In this document: positions 12,201-25,800 of the stretch, piece by piece
Layout of the letters: each line of letters opens with the position of its first letter
How positions within the stretch are numbered: position 1 is the first letter of the stretch
From: Auanema rhodensis
Lineage: Eukaryota; Animalia; Nematoda
NCBI GenBank assembly: GCA_964057225.1
Contig: OZ059900.1
Location: 21,824,001 to 21,888,000, forward strand
Length of the DNA: 64,000 bases
Direction: 5' to 3'
The notes under the pieces: model-generated
Database searches by the model: none
Seen by the model: the letters and a program-made list of their open reading frames with translations, nothing else
What the model was told of the DNA's origin: nothing
Position numbers and translations under genes: made by a program

Positions 12201-14366
12201 ATTTCTCATGAGAAATACTGTGTTTTTGTATTTTTCTAGTGTTCAGCATGTAAAATGCTTCATTTTAGTATGTAACACGCTGAAATTCGTTGCATTTGAC
12301 GACTCATATGAACAAAAATCGATTTAATCAATATTAGCCATAAGGGGCGTGCCCTCAGAATATGCTAATTTCCTTAATTTTCTAACCCCTGTTTTTTTGT
12401 CGTGAAAGTGGAACTAGACGTTGTACAAACAATTTTGAGCTAGGTTTCATAGACATTGCATGAGTTTGAACACATGAAATCGTAAGTCAAAACCTTGTTT
12501 ACAGAGAAATTTCCAAAAACTGGTTTTCCAGCATAATAAAATATTTCTCATGAGAAATACTGTGTTTTTGTATTTTTCTAGTGTTCAGCATGTAAAATGC
12601 TTCATTTTAGTATGTAACACGCTGAAATTCGTTGCATTTGACGACTCATATGAACAAAAATCGATTTAATCAATATTAGCCATAAGGGGCGTGCCCTCAG
12701 AATATGCTAATTTCCTTAATTTTCTAACCCCTGTTTTTTTGTCGTGAAAGTGGAACTAGACGTTGTACGAACATTTTTGAGCTAGGTTTCATTGACATTG
12801 CATGAGTTTGAACACATGAAATCGTAAGTCAAAACCTTGTTTACAGCGAAATTTCCAAAAACTGGTTTTCCAGCATAATAAAATATTTCTCATGGGAAAT
12901 ACTGTGTTTTCGTATTTTTCTAGTGTTCAGCATGTAAAATGCTTCATTTTAGTATGTAACACGCTGAAATTCGTTGCATTTGACGAATCATATGAACAAA
13001 AATCGATTTAATCAATATTAGCCATAAGGGGCGTGCCCTCAGAATATGCTAATTTCCTTAATTTTCTAACCCCTGTTTTTTTGTCGTGAAAGTGGAACTA
13101 GACGTTGTACGAACAATTTTGAGCTACGTTTCATTGACATTGCATGAGTTTGAACACATGAAATCGTAAGTCAAAACCTTGTTTACAGCGAAATTTCCAA
13201 AAACTGGTTTTCCAGCATAATAAAATATTTCTCATGGGAAATACTGTGTTTTTGTATTTTTCTAGTGTTCAGCATGTAAAATGCTTCATATTAGTATGTA
13301 ACACGCTGAAATTCGTTGCATTTGACGACTCATATGAACAAAAATCGATTTAATCAATATTAGCCATAAGGGGCGTGCCCTCAGAATATGCTAATTTCCT
13401 TAATTTTCTAGCCCCTGTTTTTTTGTCGTGAAAGTGGAACTAGACGTTGTACGAACAATTTTGAGCTAAGTTTCATTGACATTGCATGAGTTTGAACACA
13501 TGAAATCGTAAGTCAAAACCTTGTTTACAGCGAAATTTCCAAAAACTGGTTTTCCAGCATAATAAAATATTTCTCATGGGAAATACTGTGTTTTCGTATT
13601 TTCCTAGTGTTCAGCATGTAAAATGCTTCATTTTAGTATGTAACACGCTGAAATTCGTTGCATTCGACGACTCATATGAACAAAAATCGATTTAATCAAT
13701 ATTAGCCATAAGGGGCGTGCCCTCAGAATATGCTAATTTCCTTAATTTTCTAACCCCTGTTTTTTTGTCGTGAAAGTGGAACTAGACGTTGTACGAACAA
13801 TTTTGAGCTAGGTTTCATTGACATTGCATGAGTTTGAACACATGAAATCGTAAGTCAAAACCTTGTTTACAGCGAAATTTCCAAAAACTGGTTTTCCAGC
13901 ATAATAAAATATTTCTCATGGGAAATACTGTGTTTTTGTATTTTTCTAGTGTTCAGCATGTAAAATGCTTCATTTTAGTATGTAACACGCTGAAATTCGT
14001 TGCATTTGACGACTCATATGAACAAAAATCGATTTAATCAATATTAGCCATAAGGGGTGTGCCCTCAGAATATGCTAATTTCCTTAATTTTCTAACCCCT
14101 GTTTTTTTGTCGTGAAAGTGGAACTAGACGTTGTACGAACAATTTTGAGCTAGGTTTCATTGACATTGCATGAGTTTGAACACATGAAATCGTAAGTCAA
14201 AACCTTGTTTACAGCGAAATTTCCAAAAACTGGTTTTCCAGCATAATAAAATATTTCTCATGGGAAATACTGTGTTTTTGTATTTTTCTAGTGTTCAGCA
14301 TGTAAAATGCTTCATATTAGTATGTAACACGCTGAAATTCGTTGCATTTGACGACTCATATGAACA
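9237..14366 (+). repeat. Higher-order duplication with 8-monomer period (2736 bp): copies 28-34 vs 36-42
   Basis: Both runs carry the same ordered variants: 239A | 113A+137A+191A+239A | 118T | 129C+292A | 71G+129A+325C | consensus | 34T. Confidence 0.88.
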
Positions 14367-17300
14367 AAAATCGATTTAATCAATATTAGCCATAAGGGGC
14401 GTGCCCTCAGAATATGCTAATTTCCTTAATTTTCTAACCCCTGTTTTTTTGTCGTGAAAGTGGAACTAGACGTTGTACGAACAATTTTGAGCTAAGTTTC
14501 ATTGACATTGCATGAGTTTGAACACATGAAATCGTAAGTCAAAACCTTGTTTACAGCGAAATTTCCAAAAACTGGTTTTCCAGCATAATAAAATATTTCT
14601 GATGGGAAATACTGTGTTTTTGTTTTTTTCTAGTGTTCAGCATGTAAAATGCTTCATTTTAGTATGTAACACGCTGAAATTCGTTGCATTTGACGACTCA
14701 TATGAACAAAAATCGATTTAATCAATATTAGCCATAAGGGGCGTGCCCTCAGAATATGCTAATTTCCTTAATTTTCTAACCCTTGTTTTTTTGTCGTGAA
14801 AGTGGAACTAGACGTTGTACGAACAATTTTGAGCTAGGTTTCATTGACATTGCATGAGTTTGAACACATGAAATCGTAAGTCAAAACCTTGTTTACAGCG
14901 AAATTTCCAAAAACTGGTTTTCCAGCATAATAAAATATTTCTCATGGGAAATACTGTGTTTTTGTATTTTTCTAGTGTTCAGCATGTAAAATGCTTCATT
15001 TTAGTATGTAACACGCTGAAATTCGTTGCATTTGACGACTCATATGAACAAAAATCGATTTAATCAATATTAGCCATAAGGGGCGTGCCCTCTGAATATG
15101 CTAATTTCCTTAATTTTCTAACCCCTGTTTTTTTGTCGTGAAAGTGGAACTAGACGTTGTACGAACAATTTTGAGCTAGGTTTCATTGACATTGCATGAG
15201 TTTGAACACATGAAATCGTAAGTCAAAACCTTGTTTACAGCGAAATTTCCAAAAACTGGTTTTCCAGCATAATAAAATATTTCTCATGGGAAATACTGTG
15301 TTTTTGTATTTTTCTAGTGTTCAGCATGTAAAATGCTTCATTTTAGTATGTAACACGCTGAAATTCGTTGCATTTGACGACTCATATGAACAAAAATCGA
15401 TTTAATCAATATTAGCCATAAGGGGCGTGCCCTCAGAATATGCTAATTTCCTTAATTTTCTAACCCCTGTTTTTTTGTCGTGAAAGTGGAACTAGACGTT
15501 GTACGAACAATTTTGAGCTAGGTTTCATTGACATTGCATGAGTTTGAACACATGAAATCGTAAGTCAAAACCTTGTTTACAGCGAAATTTCCAAAAACTG
15601 GTTTTCCAGCATAATAAAATATTTCTCATGGGAAATACTGTGTTTTTGTATTTTTCTAGTGTTCAGCATGTAAAATGCTTCATTTTAGTATGTAACACGC
15701 TGAAATTCGTTGCATTTGACGACTCATATGAACAAAAATCGATTTAATCAATATTAGCCATAAGGGGCGTGCCCTCAGAATATGCTAATTTCCTTAATTT
15801 TCTAACCCTTGTTTTTTTGTCGTGAAAGTGGAACTAGACGTTGTACGAACAATTTTGAGCTAGGTTTCATTGACATTGCATGAGTTTGAACACATGAAAT
15901 CGTAAGTCAAAACCTTGTTTACAGCGAAATTTCCAAAAACTGGTTTTCCAGCATAATAAAATATTTCTCATGGGAAATACTGTGTTTTTGTATTTTTCTA
16001 GTGTTCAGCATGTAAAATGCTTCATATTAGTATGTAACACGCTGAAATTCGTTGCATTTGACGACTCATATGAACAAAAATCGATTTAATCAATATTAGC
16101 CATAAGGGGCGTGCCCTCAGAATATGCTAATTTCCTTAATTTTCTAACCCCTGTTTTTTTGTCGTGAAAGTGGAACTAGACATTGTACGAACAATTTTGA
16201 GCTAAGTTTCATTGACATTGCATGAGTTTGAACACATGAAATCGTAAGTCAAAACCTTGTTTACAGCGAAATTTCCAAAAACTGGTTTTCCAGCATAATA
16301 AAATATTTCTCATGGGAAATACTGTGTTTTTGTTTTTTTCTAGTGTTCAGCATGTAAAATGCTTCATTTTAGTATGTAACACGCTGAAATTCGTTGCATT
16401 TGACGACTCATATGAACAAAAATCGATTTAATCAATATTAGCCATAAGGGGCGTGCCCTCAGAATATGCTAATTTCCTTAATTTTCTAACCCCTGTTTTT
16501 TTGTCGTGAAAGTGGAACTAGACGTTGTACGAACATTTTTGAGCTAGGTTTCATTGACATTGCATGAGTTTGAACACATGAAATCGTAAGTCAAAACCTT
16601 GTTTACAGCGAAATTTCCAAAAACTGGTTTTCCAGCATAATAAAATATTTCTCATGGGAAATACTGTGTTTTCGTATTTTTCTAGTGTTCAGCATGTAAA
16701 ATGCTTCATTTTAGTATGTAACACGCTGAAATTCGTTGCATTTGACGAATCATATGAACAAAAATCGATTTAATCAATATTAGCCATAAGGGGCGTGCCC
16801 TCAGAATATGCTAATTTCCTTAATTTTCTAACCCCTGTTTTTTTGTCGTGAAAGTGGAACTAGACGTTGTACGAACAATTTTGAGCTACGTTTCATTGAC
16901 ATTGCATGAGTTTGAACACATGAAATCGTAAGTCAAAACCTTGTTTACAGCGAAATTTCCAAAAACTGGTTTTCCAGCATAATAAAATATTTCTCATGGG
17001 AAATACTGTGTTTTTGTATTTTTCTAGTGTTCAGCATGTAAAATGCTTCATATTAGTATGTAACACGCTGAAATTCGTTGCATTTGACGACTCATATGAA
17101 CAAAAATCGATTTAATCAATATTAGCCATAAGGGGCGTGCCCTCAGAATATGCTAATTTCCTTAATTTTCTAGCCCCTGTTTTTTGTCGTGAAAGTGGAA
17201 CTAGACGTTGTACGAACAATTTTGAGCTAAGTTTCATTGACATTGCATGAGTTTGAACACATGAAATCGTAAGTCAAAACCTTGTTTACAGCGAAATTTC

Positions 17301-19837
17301 CAAAAACTGGTTTTCCAGCATAATAAAATATTTCTCATGGGAAATACTGTGTTTTCGTATTTTCCTAGTGTTCAGCATGTAAAATGCTTCATTTTAGTAT
17401 GTAACACGCTGAAATTCGTTGCATTCGACGACTCATATGAACAAAAATCGATTTAATCAATATTAGCCATAAGGGGCGTGCCCTCAGAATATGCTAATTT
17501 CCTTAATTTTCTAACCCCTGTTTTTTTGTCGTGAAAGTGGAACTAGACGTTGTACGAACAATTTTGAGCTAGGTTTCATTGACATTGCATGAGTTTGAAC
17601 ACATGAAATCGTAAGTCAAAACCTTGTTTACAGCGAAATTTCCAAAAACTGGTTTTCCAGCATAATAAAATATTTCTCATGGGAAATACTGTGTTTTTGT
17701 ATTTTTCTAGTGTTCAGCATGTAAAATGCTTCATTTTAGTATGTAACACGCTGAAATTCGTTGCATTTGACGACTCATATGAACAAAAATCGATTTAATC
17801 AATATTAGCCATAAGGGGTGTGCCCTCAGAATATGCTAATTTCCTTAATTTTCTAACCCCTGTTTTTTTGTCGTGAAAGTGGAACTAGACGTTGTACGAA
17901 CAATTTTGAGCTAGGTTTCATTGACATTGCATGAGTTTGAACACATGAAATCGTAAGTCAAAACCTTGTTTACAGCGAAATTTCCAAAAACTGGTTTTCC
18001 AGCATAATAAAATATTTCTCATGGGAAATACTGTGTTTTTGTATTTTTCTAGTGTTCAGCATGTAAAATGCTTCATTTTAGTATGTAACACGCTGAAATT
18101 CGTTGCATTTGACGACTCATATGAACAAAAATCGATTTAATCAATATTAGCCATAAGGGGCGTGCCCTCAGAATATGCTAATTTCCTTAATTTTCTAACC
18201 CTTGTTTTTTTGTCGTGAAAGTGGAACTAGACGTTGTACGAACAATTTTGAGCTAGGTTTCATTGACATTGCATGAGTTTGAACACATGAAATCGTAAGT
18301 CAAAACCTTGTTTACAGCGAAATTTCCAAAAACTGGTTTTCCAGCATAATAAAATATTTCTCATGGGAAATACTGTGTTTTTGTATTTTTCTAGTGTTCA
18401 GCATGTAAAATGCTTCATTTTAGTATGTAACACGCTGAAATTCGTTGCATTTGACGACTCATATGAACAAAAATCGATTTAATCAATATTAGCCATAAGG
18501 GGCGTGCCCTCTGAATATGCTAATTTCCTTAATTTTCTAACCCCTGTTTTTTTGTCGTGAAAGTGGAACTAGACGTTGTACGAACAATTTTGAGCTAGGT
18601 TTCATTGACATTGCATGAGTTTGAACACATGAAATCGTAAGTCAAAACCTTGTTTACAGCGAAATTTCCAAAAACTGGTTTTCCAGCATAATAAAATATT
18701 TCTCATGGGAAATACTGTGTTTTTGTATTTTTCTAGTGTTCAGCATGTAAAATGCTTCATTTTAGTATGTAACACGCTGAAATTCGTTGCATTTGACGAC
18801 TCATATGAACAAAAATCGATTTAATCAATATTAGCCATAAGGGGCGTGCCCTCAGAATATGCTAATTTCCTTAATTTTCTAACCCCTGTTTTTTTGTCGT
18901 GAAAGTGGAACTAGACGTTGTACGAACAATTTTGAGCTAGGTTTCATTGACATTGCATGAGTTTGAACACATGAAATCGTAAGTCAAAACCTTGTTTACA
19001 GCGAAATTTCCAAAAACTGGTTTTCCAGCATAATAAAATATTTCTCATGGGAAATACTGTGTTTTTGTATTTTTCTAGTGTTCAGCATGTAAAATGCTTC
19101 ATTTTAGTATGTAACACGCTGAAATTCGTTGCATTTGACGACTCATATGAACAAAAATCGATTTAATCAATATTAGCCATAAGGGGCGTGCCCTCAGAAT
19201 ATGCTAATTTCCTTAATTTTCTAACCCTTGTTTTTTTGTCGTGAAAGTGGAACTAGACGTTGTACGAACAATTTTGAGCTAGGTTTCATTGACATTGCAT
19301 GAGTTTGAACACATGAAATCGTAAGTCAAAACCTTGTTTACAGCGAAATTTCCAAAAACTGGTTTTCCAGCATAATAAAATATTTCTCATGGGAAATACT
19401 GTGTTTTTGTATTTTTCTAGTGTTCAGCATGTAAAATGCTTCATATTAGTATGTAACACGCTGAAATTCGTTGCATTTGACGACTCATATGAACAAAAAT
19501 CGATTTAATCAATATTAGCCATAAGGGGCGTGCCCTCAGAATATGCTAATTTCCTTAATTTTCTAACCCCTGTTTTTTTGTCGTGAAAGTGGAACTAGAC
19601 GTTGTACGAACAATTTTGAGCTAAGTTTCATTGACATTGCATGAGTTTGAACACATGAAATCGTAAGTCAAAACCTTGTTTACAGCGAAATTTCCAAAAA
19701 CTGGTTTTCCAGCATAATAAAATATTTCTCATGGGAAATACTGTGTTTTTGTTTTTTTCTAGTGTTCAGCATGTAAAATGCTTCATTTTAGTATGTAACA
19801 CGCTGAAATTCGTTGCATTTGACGACTCATATGAACA
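12657..19837 (+). repeat. Higher-order duplication: 11-mer (copies 38-48) followed by 10-mer (copies 49-58)
   Basis: Shared order: 118T+255C+331A | 129C+292A | 71G+129A+255C+263C+325C | consensus | 34T | (extra copy 43) | 75T | 43T | consensus | 75T+292A | 129A+258T. Confidence 0.85.
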
Positions 19838-22800
19838 AAAATCGATTTAATCAATATTAGCCATAAGGGGTGTGCCCTCAGAATATGCTAATTTCCTTAA
19901 TTTTCTAACCCCTGTTTTTTTGTCGTGAAAGTGGAACTAGACGTTGTACGAACAATTTTGAGCTAGGTTTCATTGACATTGCATGAGTTTGAACACATGA
20001 AATCGTAAGTCAAAACCTTGTTTACAGCGAAATTTCCAAAAACTGGTTTTCCAGCATAATAAAATATTTCTCATGGGAAATACTGTGTTTTTGTATTTTT
20101 CTAGTGTTCAGCATGTAAAATGCTTCATTTTAGTATGTAACACGCTGAAATTCGTTGCATTTGACGACTCATATGAACAAAAATCGATTTAATCAATATT
20201 AGCCATAAGGGGCGTGCCCTCAGAATATGCTAATTTCCTTAATTTTCTAACCCCTGTTTTTTTGTCGTGAAAGTGGAACTAGACGTTGTACGAACAATTT
20301 TGAGCTAGGTTTCATTGACATTGCATGAGTTTGAACACATGAAATCGTAAGTCAAAACCTTGTTTACAGCGAAATTTCCAAAAACTGGTTTTCCAGCATA
20401 ATAAAATATTTCTCATGGGAAATACTGTGTTTTTGTATTTTTCTAGTGTTCAGCATGTAAAATGCTTCATTTTAGTATGTAACACGCTGAAATTTGTTGC
20501 ATTTGACGACTCATATGAACAAAAATCGATTTAATCAATATTAGCCATAAGGGGCGTGCCCTCAGAATATGCTAATTTCCTTAATTTTCTAACCCCTGTT
20601 TTTTTGTCGTGAAAGTGGAACTAGACGTTGTACGAACAATTTTGAGCTAAGTTTCATTGACATTGCATGAGTTTGAACACATGAAATCGTAAGTCAAAAC
20701 CTTGTTTACAGCGAAATTTCCAAAAACTGGTTTTCCAGCATAATAAAATATTTCTCATGGGAAATACTGTGTTTTTGTATTTTTCTAGTGTTCAGCATGT
20801 AAAATGCTTCATATTAGTATGTAACACGCTGAAATTCGTTGCATTTGACGACTCATATGAACAAAAATCGATTTAATCAATATTAGCCATAAGGGGCGTG
20901 CCCTCAGAATATGCTAATTTCCTTAATTTTCTAACCCCTGTTTTTTTGTCGTGAAAGTGGAACTAGACGTTGTACGAACAATTTTGAGCTAGGTTTCATT
21001 GACATTGCATGAGTTTGAACACATGAAATCGTAAGTCAAAACCTTGTTTACAGCGAAATTTCCAAAAACTGGTTTTCCAGCATAATAAAATATTTCTCAT
21101 GGGAAATACTGTGTTTTTGTTTTTTTCTAGTGTTCAGCATGTAAAATGCTTCATTTTAGTATGTAACACGCTGAAATTCGTTGCATTTGACGACTCATAT
21201 GAACAAAAATCGATTTAATCAATATTAGCCATAAGGGGTGTGCCCTCAGAATATGCTAATTTCCTTAATTTTCTAACCCCTGTTTTTTTGTCGTGAAAGT
21301 GGAACTAGACGTTGTACGAACAATTTTGAGCTAGGTTTCATTGACATTGCATGAGTTTGAACACATGAAATCGTAAGTCAAAACCTTGTTTACAGCGAAA
21401 TTTCCAAAAACTGGTTTTCCAGCATAATAAAATATTTCTCATGGGAAATACTGTGTTTTTGTATTTTTCTAGTGTTCAGCATGTAAAATGCTTCATTTTA
21501 GTATGTAACACGCTGAAATTCGTTGCATTTGACGACTCATATGAACAAAAATCGATTTAATCAATATTAGCCATAAGGGGCGTGCCCTCAGAATATGCTA
21601 ATTTCCTTAATTTTCTAACCCTTGTTTTTTTGTCGTGAAAGTGGAACTAGACGTTGTACGAACAATTTTGAGCTAGGTTTCATTGACATTGCATGAGTTT
21701 GAACACATGAAATCGTAAGTCAAAACCTTGTTTACAGCGAAATTTCCAAAAACTGGTTTTCCAGCATAATAAAATATTTCTCATGGGAAATACTGTGTTT
21801 TTGTATTTTTCTAGTGTTCAGCATGTAAAATGCTTCATATTAGTATGTAACACGCTGAAATTCGTTGCATTTGACGACTCATATGAACAAAAATCGATTT
21901 AATCAATATTAGCCATAAGGGGCGTGCCCTCAGAATATGCTAATTTCCTTAATTTTCTAACCCCTGTTTTTTTGTCGTGAAAGTGGAACTAGACGTTGTA
22001 CGAACAATTTTGAGCTAGGTTTCATTGACATTGCATGAGTTTGAACACATGAAATCGTAAGTCAAAACCTTGTTTACAGCGAAATTTCCAAAAACTGGTT
22101 TTCCAGCATAATAAAATATTTCTCATGGGAAATACTGTGTTTTTGTATTTTTCTAGTGTTCAGCATGTAAAATGCTTCATTTCAGTATGTAACACGCTGA
22201 AATTCGTTGCATTTGACGACTCATATGAACAAAAATCGATTTAATCAATATTAGCCATAAGGGGCGTGCCCTCAGAATATGCTAATTTCCTTAATTTTCT
22301 AACCCCTGTTTTTTTGTCGTGAAAGTGGAACTAGACGTTGTACGAACAATTTTGAGCTAAGTTTCATTGACATTGCATGAGTTTGAACACATGAAATCGT
22401 AAGTCAAAACCTTGTTTACAGCGAAATTTCCAAAAACTGGTTTTCCAGCATAATAAAATATTTCTCATGGGAAATACTGTGTTTTTGTTTTTTTCTAGTG
22501 TTCAGCATGTAAAATGTTTCATTTTAGTATGTAACACGCTGAAATTCGTTGCATTTGACGACTCATATGAACAAAAATCGATTTAATCAATATTAGCCAT
22601 AAGGGGTGTGCCCTCAGAATATGCTAATTTCCTTAATTTTCTAACCCCTGTTTTTTTGTCGTGAAAGTGGAACTAGACGTTGTACGAACAATTTTGAGCT
22701 AGGTTTCATTGACATTGCATGAGTTTGAACACATGAAATCGTAAGTCAAAACCTTGTTTACAGCGAAATTTCCAAAAACTGGTTTTCCAGCATAATAAAA

Positions 22801-25800
22801 TATTTCTCATGGGAAATACTGTGTTTTTGTATTTTTCTAGTGTTCAGCATGTAAAATGCTTCATTTCAGTATGTAACACGCTGAAATTCGTTGCATTTGA
22901 CGACTCATATGAACAAAAATCGATTTAATCAATATTAGCCATAAGGGGCGTGCCCTCAGAATATGCTAATTTCCTTAATTTTCTAACCCTTGTTTTTTTG
23001 TCGTGAAAGTGGAACTAGACGTTGTACGAACAATTTTGAGCTAAGTTTCATTGACATTGCATGAGTTTGAACACATGAAATCGTAAGTCAAAACCTTGTT
23101 TACAGCGAAATTTCCAAAAACTGGTTTTCCAGCATAATAAAATATTTCTCATGGGAAATACTGTGTTTTTGTTTTTTTTTAGTGTTCAGCATGTAAAATG
23201 CTTCATTTTAGTATGTAACACGCTGAAATTCGTTGCATTTGACGACTCATATGAACAAAAATCGATTTAATCAATATTAGCCATAAGGGGCGTGCCCTCA
23301 GAATATGCTAATTTCCTTAATTTTCTAACCCCTGTTTTTTTGTCGTGAAAGTGGAACTAGACGTTGTACGAACAATTTTGAGCTACGTTTCATTGACATT
23401 GCATGAGTTTGAACACATGAAATCGTAAGTCAAAACCTTGTTTACAGCGAAATTTCCAAAAACTGGTTTTCCAGCATAATAAAATATTTCTCATGGGAAA
23501 TACTGTGTTTTTGTTTTTTTCTAGTGTTCAGCATGTAAAATGCTTCATTTTAGTATGTAACACGCTGAAATTCGTTGCATTTGACGACTCATATGAACAA
23601 AAATCGATTTAATCAATATTAGCCATAAAGGGTGTGCCCTCAGAATATGCTAATTTCCTTAATTTTCTAACCCCTGTTTTTTGTCGTGAAAGTGGAACTA
23701 GACGTTGTACGAACAATTTTGAGCTAGGTTTCATTGACATTGCATGAGTTTGAACACATGAAATCGTAAGTCAAAACCTTGTTTACAGCGAAATTTCCAA
23801 AAACTGGTTTTCCAGCATAATAAAATATTTCTCATGGGAAATACTGTGTTTTTGTATTTTTCTAGTGTTCAGCATGTAAAATGCTTCATTTCAGTATGTA
23901 ACACGCTGAAATTCGTTGCATTTGACGACTCATATGAACAAAAATCGATTTAATCAATATTAGCCATAAGGGGCGTGCCCTCAGAATATGCTAATTTCCT
24001 TAATTTTCTAACCCCTGTTTTTTTGTCGTGAAAGTGGAACTAGACGTTGTACGAACAATTTTGAGCTAGGTTTCATTGACATTGCATGAGTTTGAACACA
24101 TGAAATCGTAAGTCAAAACCTTGTTTACAGCGAAATTTCCAAAAACTGGTTTTCCAGCATAATAAAATATTTCTCATGGGAAATACTGTGTTTTTGTATT
24201 TTTCTAGTGTTCAGCATGTAAAATGCTTCATTTTAGTATGTAACACGCTGAAATTCGTTGCATTTGACGACTCATATGAACAAAAATCGATTTAATCAAT
24301 ATTAGCCATAAGGGGCGTGCCCTCAGAATATGCTAATTTCCTTAATTTTCTAACCCCTGTTTTTTTGTCGTGAAAGTGGAACTAGACGTTGTACGAACAA
24401 TTTTGAGCTAGGTTTCATTGACATTGCATGAGTTTGAACACATGAAATCGTAAGTCAAAACCTTGTTTACAGCGAAATTTCCAAAAACTGGTTTTCCAGC
24501 ATAATAAAATATTTTTCATGAGAAATACTGTGTTTTTGTATTTTTCTAGTGTTCAGCATGTAAAATGCTTCATTTTAGTATGTAACACGCTGAAATTCGT
24601 TGCATTTGACGACTCATATGAACAAAAATCGATTTAATCAATATTAGCCATAAGGGGCGTGCCCTCAGAATATGCTAATTTCCTTAATTTTCTAACCCCT
24701 GTTTTTTTGTCGTGAAAGTGGAACTAGACGTTGTACAAACAATTTTGAGCTAGGTTTCATTGACATTGCATGAATTTGAACACATGAAATCGTAAGTCAA
24801 AACCTTGTTTACAGCGAAATTTCCAAAAACTGGTTTTCCAGCATAATAAAATATTTCTCATGGGAAATACTGTGTTTTTGTATTTTTCTAGTGTTCAGCA
24901 TGTAAAATGCTTCATTTTGGTATGTAACACGCTGAAATTCGTTGCATTTGACGACTCATATGAACAAAAATCGATTTAATCAATATTAGCCATAAGGGGC
25001 GTGCCCTCAGAATATGCTAATTTCCTTAATTTTCTAACCCCTGTTTTTTTGTCGTGAAAGTGGAACTAGACGTTGTACGAACAATTTTGAGCTAGGTTTC
25101 ATTGACATTGCATGAGTTTGAACACATGAAATCGTAAGTCAAAACCTTGTTTACAGCGAAATTTCCAAAAACTGGTTTTCCAGCATAATAAAATATTTCT
25201 CATGGGAAATACTGTGTTTTTGTATTTTTCTAGTGTTCAGCATGTAAAATGCTTCATTTTAGTATGTAACACGCTGAAATTCGTTGCATTTGACGACTCA
25301 TATGAACAAAAATCGATTTAATCAATATTAGCCATAAGGGGCGTGCCCTCAGAATATGCTAATTTCCTTAATTTTCTAACCCCTGTTTTTTTGTCGTGAA
25401 AGTGGAACTAGGCGTTGTACGAACAATTTTGAGCTAGGTTTCATTGACATTGCATGAGTTTGAACACATGAAATCGTAAGTGAAAACCTTGTTTACAGCG
25501 AAATTTCCAAAAACTGGTTTTCCAGCATAATAAAATATTTCTCATGGGAAATACTGTGTTTTTGTATTTTTCTAGTGTTCAGCATGTAAAATGCTTCATA
25601 TTAGTATGTAACACGCTGAAATTCGTTGCATTTGACGACTCATATGAACAAAAATCGATTTAATCAATATTAGCCATAAGGGGCGTGCCCTCAGAATATG
25701 CTAATTTCCTTAATTTTCTAACCCCTGTTTTTTTGTCGTGAAAGTGGAACTAGACGTTGTACGAACAATTTTGAGCTAAGTTTCATTGACATTGCATGAG

